Below are positions 1-9,922 of a stretch of DNA of 64,000 bases, one piece after another. This DNA comes from Spirochaetales bacterium. GTDB taxonomy: Bacteria; Spirochaetota; Spirochaetia; SZUA-6; JAFGRV01. Each line of letters starts with the position of its first letter. Position 1 is the first letter of the stretch. The stretch is taken from NCBI GenBank assembly GCA_016928415.1, contig JAFGKU010000048.1:2083-66082 (forward strand). The letters run 5' to 3'. The notes under the pieces are model-generated. The model searched no databases. It worked only from the letters and a program-made list of their open reading frames with translations, and was not told the origin of the DNA. Both the position numbers and the translations under genes were made by a program.

Positions 1-3000
1 TAATTTCTTATTGGCAAAATCCAAAGACGGATCATGCAGGCTTATGAGAAATCCGGTAAAATCGAACTGAAGAAGGGGCACGGCAAACTCGCCAAAAAAA
101 TGCCCGTTTGAATCAATACCGGCTTCCTTGATTGTGATCTTGCTTGTCGACACGATTTCAGGAAGGGTGATCTGACAGAGGTCCATGGTAATACCGTTAA
201 CGTGGAAATTCAATCCTGTTACATCAATAGTAAAACCGGCCCAGGCAAAGGTAATGAGGTCATCCACGCCGGCGATTATATTCTTAACCTGCCCATTCCA
301 GCCTATCCGCAATTCAGTCATGGTTACACTCAATCCGTTCAATCCATCCAGGCCGAAGTCTTGAGGGAATGTTAATGTGCCGGATAAGAATATGCCGTCA
401 AGATCAAAGCCGAACGAAGAGAAGCTGGCCTTAATTCCTGCGAACAGTTCGTACTCTTTATATCCTTGAGCTGTGGCGCTGAATTCGGTCAAACCATTGA
501 CGGTTGAATATTCTACATTTAATGTAATTTTCCCGAATTCCGAAAACGGATCGGGAAGGGTTGAGGCTAATATGTCACCCTGTAAAGCGAATATAAGTTC
601 GTTCTGCGGTTTACTTGTTATTGTAAAAGTGTTGTTCGTATACGTTACATTATTGAAAAGAGTTACCGTAAACGACTGCGTAGTAACCGAAACATTAAGG
701 ATCTGACCGCTGGACAATATGCTGAATTCATTGATATCAATGGGCAGGTCAGCCAAACCTGACGGCAGGTTTCCGGGAAGTCTGACCCTGCCGTTTAAAA
801 GTGATAAAAGCACATCCTTTTCCCCGTATTTTGATATACGGATAGTACCCCTTTCAAGAGGAAAACAGGAAAGATCGGATACGTCAAATTCCAAATTAAA
901 ATTAAGAACCTCCCCTTTCGAATTAAAAGCCACTTCTTCTATGTCTATGGATTTTTCAGCAAGTCCTTCAGGAAAACTGGGGCCGAATTTAACCGAAGTA
1001 TCCTTAATTCGGAACTCCACGGTTTTCCCGTCCTCGCTCAGGTTCGCAGCGATGCTGCCGTCGACAAGGCGTATATCACCCAAAATTTTCCTCTCTCCGG
1101 TCAAATCCGCACCGACAATGAACGGCTGAAGGATATGGCCCGAGGAGTCTATGTGGAATTCATTGATGACAAGCGTTACGGGTTCGAAATCATCAGAAAA
1201 ATTGCTCCCAAGTTTAATCCTTGCCGGTTGATCGTTTCCTCCGGTTATACTGAAAGTAATACCATTTTCATAATGAAGTCCGATTCTTGCATTCGTTACT
1301 TCCGATATATTAAACAGGTGGAAACTCAATGGGTCGGACTCGGCGTTAAAAACAAGAACCGAAGGAATTCCGTTCACAATTCCCATTTTAAATTCATGTA
1401 TCTCCAAGCCGGCATTGGATATTCCAAGCTCGCTGGAAAAATGCGGACCAAAAGATAAATGGCCATTGCTGCACCCAAAAACGAGATTATTGTTTTCCCT
1501 GATGAATGTTAAGGTTGCTTCTGATATGATTAAATTACCGTCAAACAATTCCATACCTTCCATTGGGAAGCTCGCATCAACATCGCCGATTGTCATATCT
1601 GTGTTTATCTGGAATTTGTTAACAGTAATTGTCTTCCCTCCAATACCTGAAGGGAAATCATCCGGCAGCTTAACATTCCCCTGAAATACCAATCCTTCTG
1701 ATTCGGATAATGTTAACGTATCTACATAAAATTCATATCCTTCAAAATTAAACGAAATTCCGGATAATGTAATTTCACCTATATCTATTTCACCGGTTAA
1801 GACATTTATCGCAATGTTACCCACAGAAGCGGAATCCACGTTCAGTTCCGGCGGCAATTCGAGGGTCGCATCTTCAATGGTCAGGATTTCCCTTTCAATC
1901 GAAACATTGGTTACGTTTAATGTGTACGCATCAAGAATTTTGAAACTGAATGTGTCGTTAATCGATACCTTAAAATCAAAGGATTGCCCGTCCAGGCTTA
2001 CCTCGAACTTCTCAATATCGATTCTTTTCCCCGCAAGTGACTCCATGACAAAGTCAGTCGGCAGACGGATACCGCCTGTAAAACCGATTTTATCATCCTT
2101 AAAACTTATGCTGTCTATATAAAATAAATAGCCCCAAAGTTCAAAGGGGTCAACATACAATCCGCCCAGTACAAAATCACCTTCATTCGTAATACGCAAG
2201 TCGCTTATGCGAATGACCCGTGAATCCAGGTTTTCGGGCAACGTAATGGATGCTTCATCTATCCTAAACCCGGTCTCGTCGAAGACGATGTTTTTAAACA
2301 GAAAGGCAAACCCTTCCAGCTCAAAATGAAACTCGGGGACCACTACATCACTTGTTACCGTACCGTCAGGATGTACCGTTAATTTATCGAAATAAATATA
2401 TTCGGCCCCGAATCCTTCCGGAAGGCCAACATATGCCTTGATATTCAAGCCGTCATCCGACAGTTGTATGGCGGTTACTCCTAGTTCAATTGGACCTCCT
2501 ATTGGATTGAAGCTAAACCCTTCAAAACTCATTCCCGCCAACTTAATCTGGCCGTCCGGATAAAACCGGATGTTCGGCAGTACAACAGAAACTCCCGAGT
2601 TAAATAAATTAATCGTGTTTAGGCCGACGAAAAAACCTTCCCGATCGAATAAATAATTTTCTCCCGTGACATCCCAGCCTGCTATATTATAAGTTACGGT
2701 TGACGGGGGTATTTTTTCAAGGGAAATAACGGCTCCATCCGGCTCTAGCCTGATCTCACAGTTCTCATAAGTTGCAAATTTATTGGTCCCCAAAGCCGGA
2801 GGTAAATTTATTTTACCTCCGATCATAAGGCAATCATCTGAAAATGTATACTTATCCGTATCAACGGTAAAACCGTTCGTGGATAAAAACGTTTTGATTT
2901 CATTTCCCTGTTCGCTTGAAAGAATGGTCCCTTCCGGAGTGATCACTACGTCCGGAACGGATAATTCCTCAAACCCCATTATCGAATGAAGAATCACATT

Positions 3001-6000
3001 GGCAAATCCCAGCTTGATATTGGAAACCCCTTCAACGGCGGGTTCAAAGGAAATGTCCGTTGCCCTGCAAAGCCAGCCGCAAAGCCTGATATACACTTCA
3101 GTATCCGCCGTTCCGGTTGAAAACTCCCCATCAGGATTGATTTTAAATTGACCGAAAGTGATTTCCCTGTGCCCGAACGCGTAACCTAATTGGACGTTTC
3201 CCTGACCCGTGATGCCTTCCGCCGTAAGTTGTAGTTCAGTTAAATCAAATATCCAACCATATGCTTCCAGGCCGATGCTATAGGTGCAAATGCCGTTATC
3301 AACAACACCCTGTTTGTTTACGGAAAACGACTCGAAAACTAGTATATCGGGCGAATATTCCTCTGTAAGAGGTGCTTCCACCCTTCCGAAACTCACCTTG
3401 GTACCATTAAAACTCACATCATAGCCTGTAAGGTGGTAATCGTTCAGGTCAAAGGAAACTTCATCAATCGTTTCCGATTCACCGGCAGGCCCCTGCGCAT
3501 CAAGTCTGAGGCCTTTGAAAGACAATACATTTGTTCCAGAGGTTATAATGGTCGGTAAAGGTACTTCCAGTTCTGTGGCATAAAGGCCATCGGCTTTTAA
3601 AGACAATTCCTTGATCACAACACCCGTTCCATACGAGCAATCGAGCGATAATGATGTACTTCCCTTGCCTTCCTGCGTTATACTTGTGCCCGATAGCGAA
3701 ACCGTCAAATCATAAAGGGTATTGGTGGCATTATCATACGCAGGTGTCAGTCTCAATGTACTTACCGGCAGCAGTAGCCCTTCAGGTACAAGTTTGCTCG
3801 TTATAGCCGTTACCTCGAAATCGAAAAATGAACCCGAGTAAGCACCTGTATCCGTAGGCTGGTTGTAGTCAATACCATCTTGCTTCAAAGTCAGGGCAGA
3901 TATTGACACTGTATTGTTTGTTCCCATGGTCAGACTTCCGTCCGTAACGGTAAGCAGGTTACCCTGGAAATGCAGGGCGTTTACCGTATACGTAATACCA
4001 TTTACCATGAATTCAAACGGATCATAGGAAAAATCGGGCCCTTCCGTTAAATTACCTTCCAGGTCAATGGAAAAGTTATAGAGTTTTACAACATCGGTCG
4101 TAAAACCATCCGCAAACAAGACCTCCGCTTCCAGGATCACAAGACGGTTCTCACGTACCAAAGCATTGGTCACCTTAAACAGGTTACCGCCTGTTTCCAG
4201 GTAAAATATGCCGGCAACCGTTCCTTCAATTACATCTCCCGCAGGGCCAATGCTTGTATTTGTCACCGGAAGCATGTATGACCTGGTGTTATTCGAATCA
4301 AGTGTGTACGCAGTTACCATCCGGTCTTCAGACGACAAATCCAACAGAGAGTAATTGAGCCTGAAATACCGCTGGGATAAACCTGTGACCGAAATACCTG
4401 AAAACAAGAAACCTGAAGTCGGATCTGTGCCAGATTCACCTTCTGAAAGACTCTGATAACCAAAACTTTCCGCTTCGGCCGTTTCTGTATCGCTGAAAAG
4501 AATTAATGGAGGCGCTGATACGCTTACATTAGCAAAGGTAAGCGTTTTATTAATCCCGGCAGAGGTTGTAATTGTACGGCTCAATTCCGTAAAAACAAGG
4601 CCGTCCGTTTCATTTATGGATATCCCCACCCCTGCGAACATGTAACCGTTCAACTCAACCAAACAACTGATTGCGCTATTCGAACCGCCGCTAAACGTCT
4701 TTTCATCGAAGGAGATCGTGGTCAGCTGTACTTCTGTTACGGGTTCATTATTCACCTTAAAGGAAAAGCTCGCAGGCATGATCAGATACGCTTCCCTCGA
4801 ATCCGGGTTCGTATTGTACACACCCCTTACCGTGTATCCCGCCATTGTCTGCGTGAATTCCTCCGAAATTTCAAGGACTACGGCACCAGAAGCAAAAGTG
4901 AATCCCTGGAACACCTGGGCTGTGTTACCGGCACCATCCACCGCCTTTATCATGACTCCATATGTCAAAGCCGGTTCGGTGGATAAACCTTCAAACGTAT
5001 GGTTTGTGTCAATGGCATTTTTATAAATCGTGTTGGTTAGGTATTCGGGTTCTTCCCCGTTTATAACAGCAAGCCTGATTTCCGTATGGAGATAGTCTGC
5101 TTCAATAATATTGTCCTGAAGTTCAGACCATTGAACAAAAACAGATCCATTGTTAATATCGGGTAAAACAGTGACCAGGCTGTCCATCACAGGTTTTTCC
5201 GAATCAAACTTCAGTTTACGATGATTGAATTGTCTGTTACCGGCATAGTCCTGCGCGCACACGCTGACCCATACCGTCCCGGAATTCGATCCTGTTACCG
5301 TCTGCAGATTTACCGAAGCGCTCAGGTCCTTGGTCTGCATCCAACCGGTCATATCGCCTTCATATTGATATTCTTCCGGCATCGGATCGGGGAACAGCGG
5401 AGCCTGGCTTAACTCGTAAAAATACCATTCCACTCCGGTGAAGTCGGCCGGCCTGTTCCACTGGACCACTGCTGTTTTGGACTGGTAATACAGGTCGGGA
5501 TTCCCGTGCGTTGTGGATGTAACGGTCAGGTTTTTGGGAGGCGTGGAATCAATACGGAATTTATACGTTGCCTGGACGCTTGATTTCCCGTTACCGCTTA
5601 CTGTTTGCACTCTCAGGAAATAGTATTCCCCCGACAGGTTATCATCAAGGGTAAGTTCAATACGGTTGCCGGTTGCCGCCGATAGAGGAATAACTGTGAG
5701 CCCCGGCTCAGCAAAACCACTTGAAAGGGTATATTCATAATGGTCAATGCCGGCTGCACCCGAACCGGTACTGACAAGATTGAATACGGCGTCATTAACG
5801 CTGACCGCATCCGTCAGGTTCTGCGCATAGGGATGGGTCGGGCTTGTAATGACGGGCATTGGGGGAACGGATGAATCCACACGAATGATCCTTTGGTTTA
5901 CATTGCCATCATTTCCGGCATCATCCTTCGCGCTGACATAGAAATAATTGGCCCCGTTCGCGAGCCCGCTTACATAGAAATCAGAACCTTCCGGTACGAA

Positions 6001-9000
6001 ATTGATCAAAATGGGACTGGACTGGGGTGATGAGAAGAAACCCCAGTTATAATCGGTAATATTACCGGACAATCCGCTGCCGTAAGTATCCGATGCTTCC
6101 ATTTCCACAATGACGGTGGAAGACGGTGCGTAATCATTTTCTTCTATTATTTTACCTGAATCGGATTTGATCACAATATTTGTAATTACCGGATCGGTTC
6201 TGTCAATGATAAAAGACACACCTTCCGGTATAACACCTGTGTTCCCGGCTAAATCCCGGCAACGGACAGAAAAAGTATGGGCTCCTTCTGATAGATAGGC
6301 TACACTGATTGATTGTGTCAGGGATGACCAGATATCCGTGTCATCAAAGCTGTATTCAAAACTGTCTGCATCGACACTGCTCAAATCATCCACCATCTGG
6401 GGTTGACCGGCAGCTAATACAATCGAATTTTTTACATAACTATCATCAAGCGTACAACTGACAACCTCCGGTGCCGTCCGGTCAATGCGCATCAGCCTGT
6501 TCACGGTAGTATCATTGGAAGCTATGTCCGTAACCTTGACCCAGACAGTATTAATTCCTTCGGCCGAAACGGAGATCTCTCCCGTATTCCATTCCTCAAT
6601 GGGAGTATTTAGGTCAAGCGACCATAGGACTGTGTCCACACCCGATACTGTTTTGCCTGCCACGTCATCTGTGACTTCGGCAACAAGAATAACGGATGAA
6701 GAATTGGTCCACGCATTCCCGTTCCCGTCCTGCACCAGGGCTTGTCCACCCGCATCTTCCCATACAAATGATGTGAAAGACGGTGAAGAGCGGTCTATAC
6801 GTACCATTGCACTTCCAATGCCGATATTACCGCTTGTATCGCTCACCCTGAAATAGACAGTGGTTTCCCCTTCCATGGAAATATTTATGGGTATAGAGGG
6901 ATCGGCCGCGGTAATCCATGTCCCCTCCATATCATTCAGTATATATTCCCAGCTGTTAGCCCTGATCCCTATATTATCTATTGCCGAAGCAGTGACAGAA
7001 ACGCTGCTTGCGTTTGTCCAGCTTGAAATCGAAGGTGTTACAGTCACTACCGGTGTTTCCGAATCGATGATTATCGTTTCCTCTAAAATTGTTTCATTAC
7101 CCAATATGTCCGCACATTTGAATCCGAAGGTCACACTCTGATTGCCGGCAACCGTAAAGCTATTTCCGGGTTCCCAGTCCCCGTCCCCCAATCTCTTCTG
7201 CCAGGAAGCCTCATCCACTGTTACTACATGGGCATCCGTGGCGTTTGCCGTAAAGGTGACATCGCCCGATTGATCATTTGTTGACTGCGTGTACGTGATG
7301 ACAGGTCCGGTCATATCACAGCGTATATTGCCGCTTTTCGTTGTTTCATTCCCGGCCAGGTCCCGCGTCCTTAAATACACAAGCTGTGTTCCCGAGGATG
7401 AAAATACGGCAGAACCCGGGTAATAATTAATGCCGTCAAAACTGTATTGAAGAAAATCCGGATCAAGCCCGGAGCCGCCGGAATCGGTTATTTGAGGCAT
7501 GTAAGGGGAAGCAACCCAATCGTTGGTTAGGGTAATTGAGGGCGAAGTGATATCAATGTTAACCTGAGTTTTCACAACCGATTCCAATCCCACGCCATCT
7601 ATTGCCCTGAACCAAACCTCATTGACGCCCACTCCGAATCCGTTCACTTCCAATGCACCCGTTAATTCCAGCCAGGGACCAGTACTTGCCAGCTTGCTGT
7701 ACCACCAACTCCGGATACCGGAACCGTTTCCATCATTTCCCGTCACCGTCGCCTTGTATCCAAGGTTGGCGGACCAGTTGTCGGGACCGGTTCCGAAAGC
7801 CTGGATGGAAGGGGGCGTCCGGTCGATTTTAACGGCTATACTTTTTTCACTAATGTTATCTGCCAGATCCTTGACGCGGTAAGATACGGTATGGATGCCT
7901 TCATCGGAAAAAATATATTCAACATTTCCGGCTGCCCACGGATCATCCCCTTCCCTGTGTTCCCAACTGGTCTCATCAACACCGAAAGGAATGCCTTCCG
8001 GAGAATCTGCCGCAGTAACAGTTAAGGTTACCCTATCTGTATTAATCCATGAATCTTCGGGTATAATTGTACTGTTGGCATCTATGAGAGTTTCCGTAAT
8101 ATCCGGTGCTCTCCAATCAAGGTAGGCAACATAAATTTCTGTATCAGTGTCCGTCCCACTACGGCCACTCCATGCCATTTTCCCGTTATCAAGAAGGGAT
8201 ATAAGACTCGTACTCTGCATTCCTTCGGATATTATATATGTATTTCCTTTGTAATAACACTTTACTTTTACCAAATTTCCACTAATGGTTCGCCAGACAA
8301 TAACACCGTTTGAAGTACAGCTGGGATCATAATCATTTATATAATCATCAGTTATTTTTTGCGTTTGACCATCTGAATATAAATATATTTCCTTGGTTCC
8401 GGTATCAATACCATTACCGTACCAGACAATATATTTGCCATTGGGAGAAAAAACCGGTGAATAGTTTGAACTCTTATTATTGCTGATTTTTATTGTATTC
8501 CCTTGGGAATATAAAAAAATGTCGGCAGGCTCAACGCCAGGGTAAGCGAATTGGGAAGGCAGTCCGCACCAGACGATTTCTCCATTATCGGAAACCTGAG
8601 GATTGAAATCATCTGAATAATTAGCGGTTATACGTTGGAATTGTCCGTCTGAATAAAGGTAGATTTCCTCGAGTGGAAGGCCACTGGCCGGATGATTCCA
8701 GCCACCAAAACCACGCCAGACTATTTTCCCTCCCGGTGATATTTTAGGATTGTAATCCTGGAAATTATTATTACTTATATTTATCACTTGTCCCATGTCA
8801 TAGAGAAGAATCTCAAAAGTTTGGTTCGTTCCAGCATTGGCAAACCATACTATCTTGCCATCCGACGATACCTTGCAGCCTAAGTTTCTATATAAATTGT
8901 TACTTATATTAGAAGTTTGATCATTTATGTAACGATAAACTTCACCATACCCGTTTGGTCCGCTTTCACCTATCCATACGATCTCTCCGTTTAGCGAAAT

Positions 9001-9246
9001 ACTGGATTGAGAGTCATTATATGCGTTATTGGTTAAGGGTCTAATCTCACCGTCCTCATATAAATAAATTTCCGTTGTGCCGTTCAGGCCGCCTTTTCCG
9101 TACCATACTATTTTGCCATCGAATGAAATTCCAGGAGAACTGTCATCATAATCGTTTTCGGTAACTTTAATAACCGGAAACGTTTCCTGCGTATAACTAA
9201 AATATACTGTTAAGATAAAAACAGATAAAAACAGTAATTTTTTCAT
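1..9246 (-). CDS. Giant secreted/envelope protein, >3,082 aa, 3' end outside the window: signal peptide, TolB-like beta-propeller, Ig-like/FN3 repeats, then ~60-aa beta-rich repeats
   Basis: Not in the ORF track. ATG at 9246 follows an AAGGAAG RBS and gives MKKLLFLSVFILTVYFSYTQETF. Hand-translated spot checks at 1-300, 1680-2460, 4680, 5580, 7620, 8100 and 9180 are all open in the same frame; not every codon was checked. Propeller blades of the type 'P.IS..GKIVW.G....EIYLY.DG' lie at ~8130-9180 and 'D.T.P' Ig junction motifs at ~4900-8100. Confidence 0.88.
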   Translation of the reverse strand, partial: MKKLLFLSVFILTVYFSYTQETFPVIKVTENDYDDSSPGISFDGKIVWYGKGGLNGTTEIYLYEDGEIRPLTNNAYNDSQSSISLNGEIVWIGESGPNGYGEVYRYINDQTSNISNNLYRNLGCKVSSDGKIVWFANAGTNQTFEILLYDMGQVINISNNNFQDYNPKISPGGKIVWRGFGGWNHPASGLPLEEIYLYSDGQFQRITANYSDDFNPQVSDNGEIVWCGLPSQFAYPGVEPADIFLYSQGNTIKISNNKSSNYSPVFSPNGKYIVWYGNGIDTGTKEIYLYSDGQTQKITDDYINDYDPSCTSNGVIVWRTISGNLVKVKCYYKGNTYIISEGMQSTSLISLLDNGKMAWSGRSGTDTDTEIYVAYLDWRAPDITETLIDANSTIIPEDSWINTDRVTLTVTAADSPEGIPFGVDETSWEHREGDDPWAAGNVEYIFSDEGIHTVSYRVKDLADNISEKSIAVKIDRTPPSIQAFGTGPDNWSANLGYKATVTGNDGNGSGIRSWWYSKLASTGPWLELTGALEVNGFGVGVNEVWFRAIDGVGLESVVKTQVNIDITSPSITLTNDWVASPYMPQITDSGGSGLDPDFLQYSFDGINYYPGSAVFSSSGTQLVYLRTRDLAGNETTKSGNIRCDMTGPVITYTQSTNDQSGDVTFTANATDAHVVTVDEASWQKRLGDGDWEPGNSFTVAGNQSVTFGFKCADILGNETILEETIIIDSETPVVTVTPSISSWTNASSVSVTASAIDNIGIRANSWEYILNDMEGTWITAADPSIPINISMEGETTVYFRVSDTSGNIGIGSAMVRIDRSSPSFTSFVWEDAGGQALVQDGNGNAWTNSSSVILVAEVTDDVAGKTVSGVDTVLWSLDLNTPIEEWNTGEISVSAEGINTVWVKVTDIASNDTTVNRLMRIDRTAPEVVSCTLDDSYVKNSIVLAAGQPQMVDDLSSVDADSFEYSFDDTDIWSSLTQSISVAYLSEGAHTFSVRCRDLAGNTGVIPEGVSFIIDRTDPVITNIVIKSDSGKIIEENDYAPSSTVIVEMEASDTYGSGLSGNITDYNWGFFSSPQSSPILINFVPEGSDFYVSGLANGANYFYVSAKDDAGNDGNVNQRIIRVDSSVPPMPVITSPTHPYAQNLTDAVSVNDAVFNLVSTGSGAAGIDHYEYTLSSGFAEPGLTVIPLSAATGNRIELTLDDNLSGEYYFLRVQTVSGNGKSSVQATYKFRIDSTPPKNLTVTSTTHGNPDLYYQSKTAVVQWNRPADFTGVEWYFYELSQAPLFPDPMPEEYQYEGDMTGWMQTKDLSASVNLQTVTGSNSGTVWVSVCAQDYAGNRQFNHRKLKFDSEKPVMDSLVTVLPDINNGSVFVQWSELQDNIIEADYLHTEIRLAVINGEEPEYLTNTIYKNAIDTNHTFEGLSTEPALTYGVMIKAVDGAGNTAQVFQGFTFASGAVVLEISEEFTQTMAGYTVRGVYNTNPDSREAYLIMPASFSFKVNNEPVTEVQLTTISFDEKTFSGGSNSAISCLVELNGYMFAGVGISINETDGLVFTELSRTITTSAGINKTLTFANVSVSAPPLILFSDTETAEAESFGYQSLSEGESGTDPTSGFLFSGISVTGLSQRYFRLNYSLLDLSSEDRMVTAYTLDSNNTRSYMLPVTNTSIGPAGDVIEGTVAGIFYLETGGNLFKVTNALVRENRLVILEAEVLFADGFTTDVVKLYNFSIDLEGNLTEGPDFSYDPFEFMVNGITYTVNALHFQGNLLTVTDGSLTMGTNNTVSISALTLKQDGIDYNQPTDTGAYSGSFFDFEVTAITSKLVPEGLLLPVSTLRLTPAYDNATNTLYDLTVSLSGTSITQEGKGSTSLSLDCSYGTGVVIKELSLKADGLYATELEVPLPTIITSGTNVLSFKGLRLDAQGPAGESETIDEVSFDLNDYHLTGYDVSFNGTKVSFGRVEAPLTEEYSPDILVFESFSVNKQGVVDNGICTYSIGLEAYGWIFDLTELQLTAEGITGQGNVQLGYAFGHREITFGQFKINPDGEFSTGTADTEVYIRLCGWLCRATDISFEPAVEGVSNIKLGFANVILHSIMGFEELSVPDVVITPEGTILSSEQGNEIKTFLSTNGFTVDTDKYTFSDDCLMIGGKINLPPALGTNKFATYENCEIRLEPDGAVISLEKIPPSTVTYNIAGWDVTGENYLFDREGFFVGLNTINLFNSGVSVVLPNIRFYPDGQIKLAGMSFEGFSFNPIGGPIELGVTAIQLSDDGLNIKAYVGLPEGFGAEYIYFDKLTVHPDGTVTSDVVVPEFHFELEGFAFLFKNIVFDETGFRIDEASITLPENLDSRVIRISDLRITNEGDFVLGGLYVDPFELWGYLFYIDSISFKDDKIGFTGGIRLPTDFVMESLAGKRIDIEKFEVSLDGQSFDFKVSINDTFSFKILDAYTLNVTNVSIEREILTIEDATLELPPELNVDSASVGNIAINVLTGEIDIGEITLSGISFNFEGYEFYVDTLTLSESEGLVFQGNVKLPDDFPSGIGGKTITVNKFQINTDMTIGDVDASFPMEGMELFDGNLIISEATLTFIRENNNLVFGCSNGHLSFGPHFSSELGISNAGLEIHEFKMGIVNGIPSVLVFNAESDPLSFHLFNISEVTNARIGLHYENGITFSITGGNDQPARIKLGSNFSDDFEPVTLVINEFHIDSSGHILQPFIVGADLTGERKILGDIRLVDGSIAANLSEDGKTVEFRIKDTSVKFGPSFPEGLAEKSIDIEEVAFNSKGEVLNFNLEFDVSDLSCFPLERGTIRISKYGEKDVLLSLLNGRVRLPGNLPSGLADLPIDINEFSILSSGQILNVSVTTQSFTVTLFNNVTYTNNTFTITSKPQNELIFALQGDILASTLPDPFSEFGKITLNVEYSTVNGLTEFSATAQGYKEYELFAGIKASFSSFGFDLDGIFLSGTLTFPQDFGLDGLNGLSVTMTELRIGWNGQVKNIIAGVDDLITFAWAGFTIDVTGLNFHVNGITMDLCQITLPEIVSTSKITIKEAGIDSNGHFFGEFAVPLLQFDFTGFLISLHDPSLDFANKKL

Positions 9247-9366
9247 AGATCTCTTCCTTTATTACGTATACTATTTACCATCAAAATCCAGAATGAAAAT
9301 ATTCACCTTTTGATTTATTGATTTAAATGGAGAATTTATTATGATATTTTAGTAAATGCTGTTAGG

Positions 9367-9395
9367 AATATACCACGATTTTATTGATATGTCAA
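9367..9395 (-). promoter_or_regulatory. Sigma70-type promoter for the giant minus-strand gene
   Basis: TTGACA-N17-TATATT with TGG immediately upstream of the -10, about 120 bp before the ATG at 9246. Confidence 0.7.
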
Positions 9396-9578
9396 ATATT
9401 TCTTTATATATAGATTTTATGTATTGTCTGTTTTATAGACTATTTTAGGTGCTCCGCAGGAATCCCGGCTCTACTTCGTTTCACTCAGATTTTGCCGAAA
9501 TAAAGATTAGCCACTTCTAGAAAAAAAGTCGGGTAAGCCTCTGTAAGAAGAATTTCTTCAAAAACAATCCGAATCAAT

Positions 9579-9592
9579 TGTAAACGTTTACA
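9579..9592. promoter_or_regulatory. LacI-family/cre-like operator palindrome
   Basis: Perfect 14-bp palindrome TGTAAACGTTTACA that fits TGWAANCGNTNWCA. Confidence 0.5.
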
Positions 9593-9657
9593 GTTTAAAA
9601 ATACCTCCTCATTGCTTTAAAAATCCTGCCCCTAGCGGCTCACCCAATACTTCGGCG

Positions 9658-9697
9658 CCCTCGTCTTCCCTCGTCTTCCCTCGTCTTCCCTCGTCTT
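9658..9697. repeat. 10-bp tandem repeat (CCCTCGTCTT)x4
   Basis: Four perfect adjacent copies in the intergenic region. Confidence 0.95.
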
Positions 9698-9793
9698 CCT
9701 CAGCGCTCCCTTTCATTGTTTTCACCCTAAAACATCCGTGGAAATCCGCTCTTTTTCCGCGGTCATCTGCGGTTCAAATTTGTGATAAATATA

Positions 9794-9822
9794 TTGTTTT
9801 TCTACAATTTTGGTAGTATATT
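9794..9822 (+). promoter_or_regulatory. Putative sigma70 promoter for the 1,907-aa lipoprotein
   Basis: TTGTTT-N17-TATATT about 100 bp upstream of the GGAGG RBS and the ATG at 9923. Confidence 0.45.
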
Positions 9823-9922
9823 TACTTTAGAAAAAATCAACGTGTACTTTACCTATAAAATATTCCACTTTATAATGAAAATCGTCGAAATATAGAGATA
9901 TAGGCGCATTGGAGGTATATAT

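Noticed and set aside
473-8125. Many short ORFs in the track (60-136 aa, almost all plus-strand)
   Set aside because: They are shadows of the single giant minus-strand gene, with Ser/Pro-rich non-protein-like composition.
9595-9615. Strong SD (GAGGAGGT, minus strand) suggesting a missed gene
   Set aside because: There is no properly spaced start codon, only a 5-codon MRRYF* frame, so it cannot be supported.
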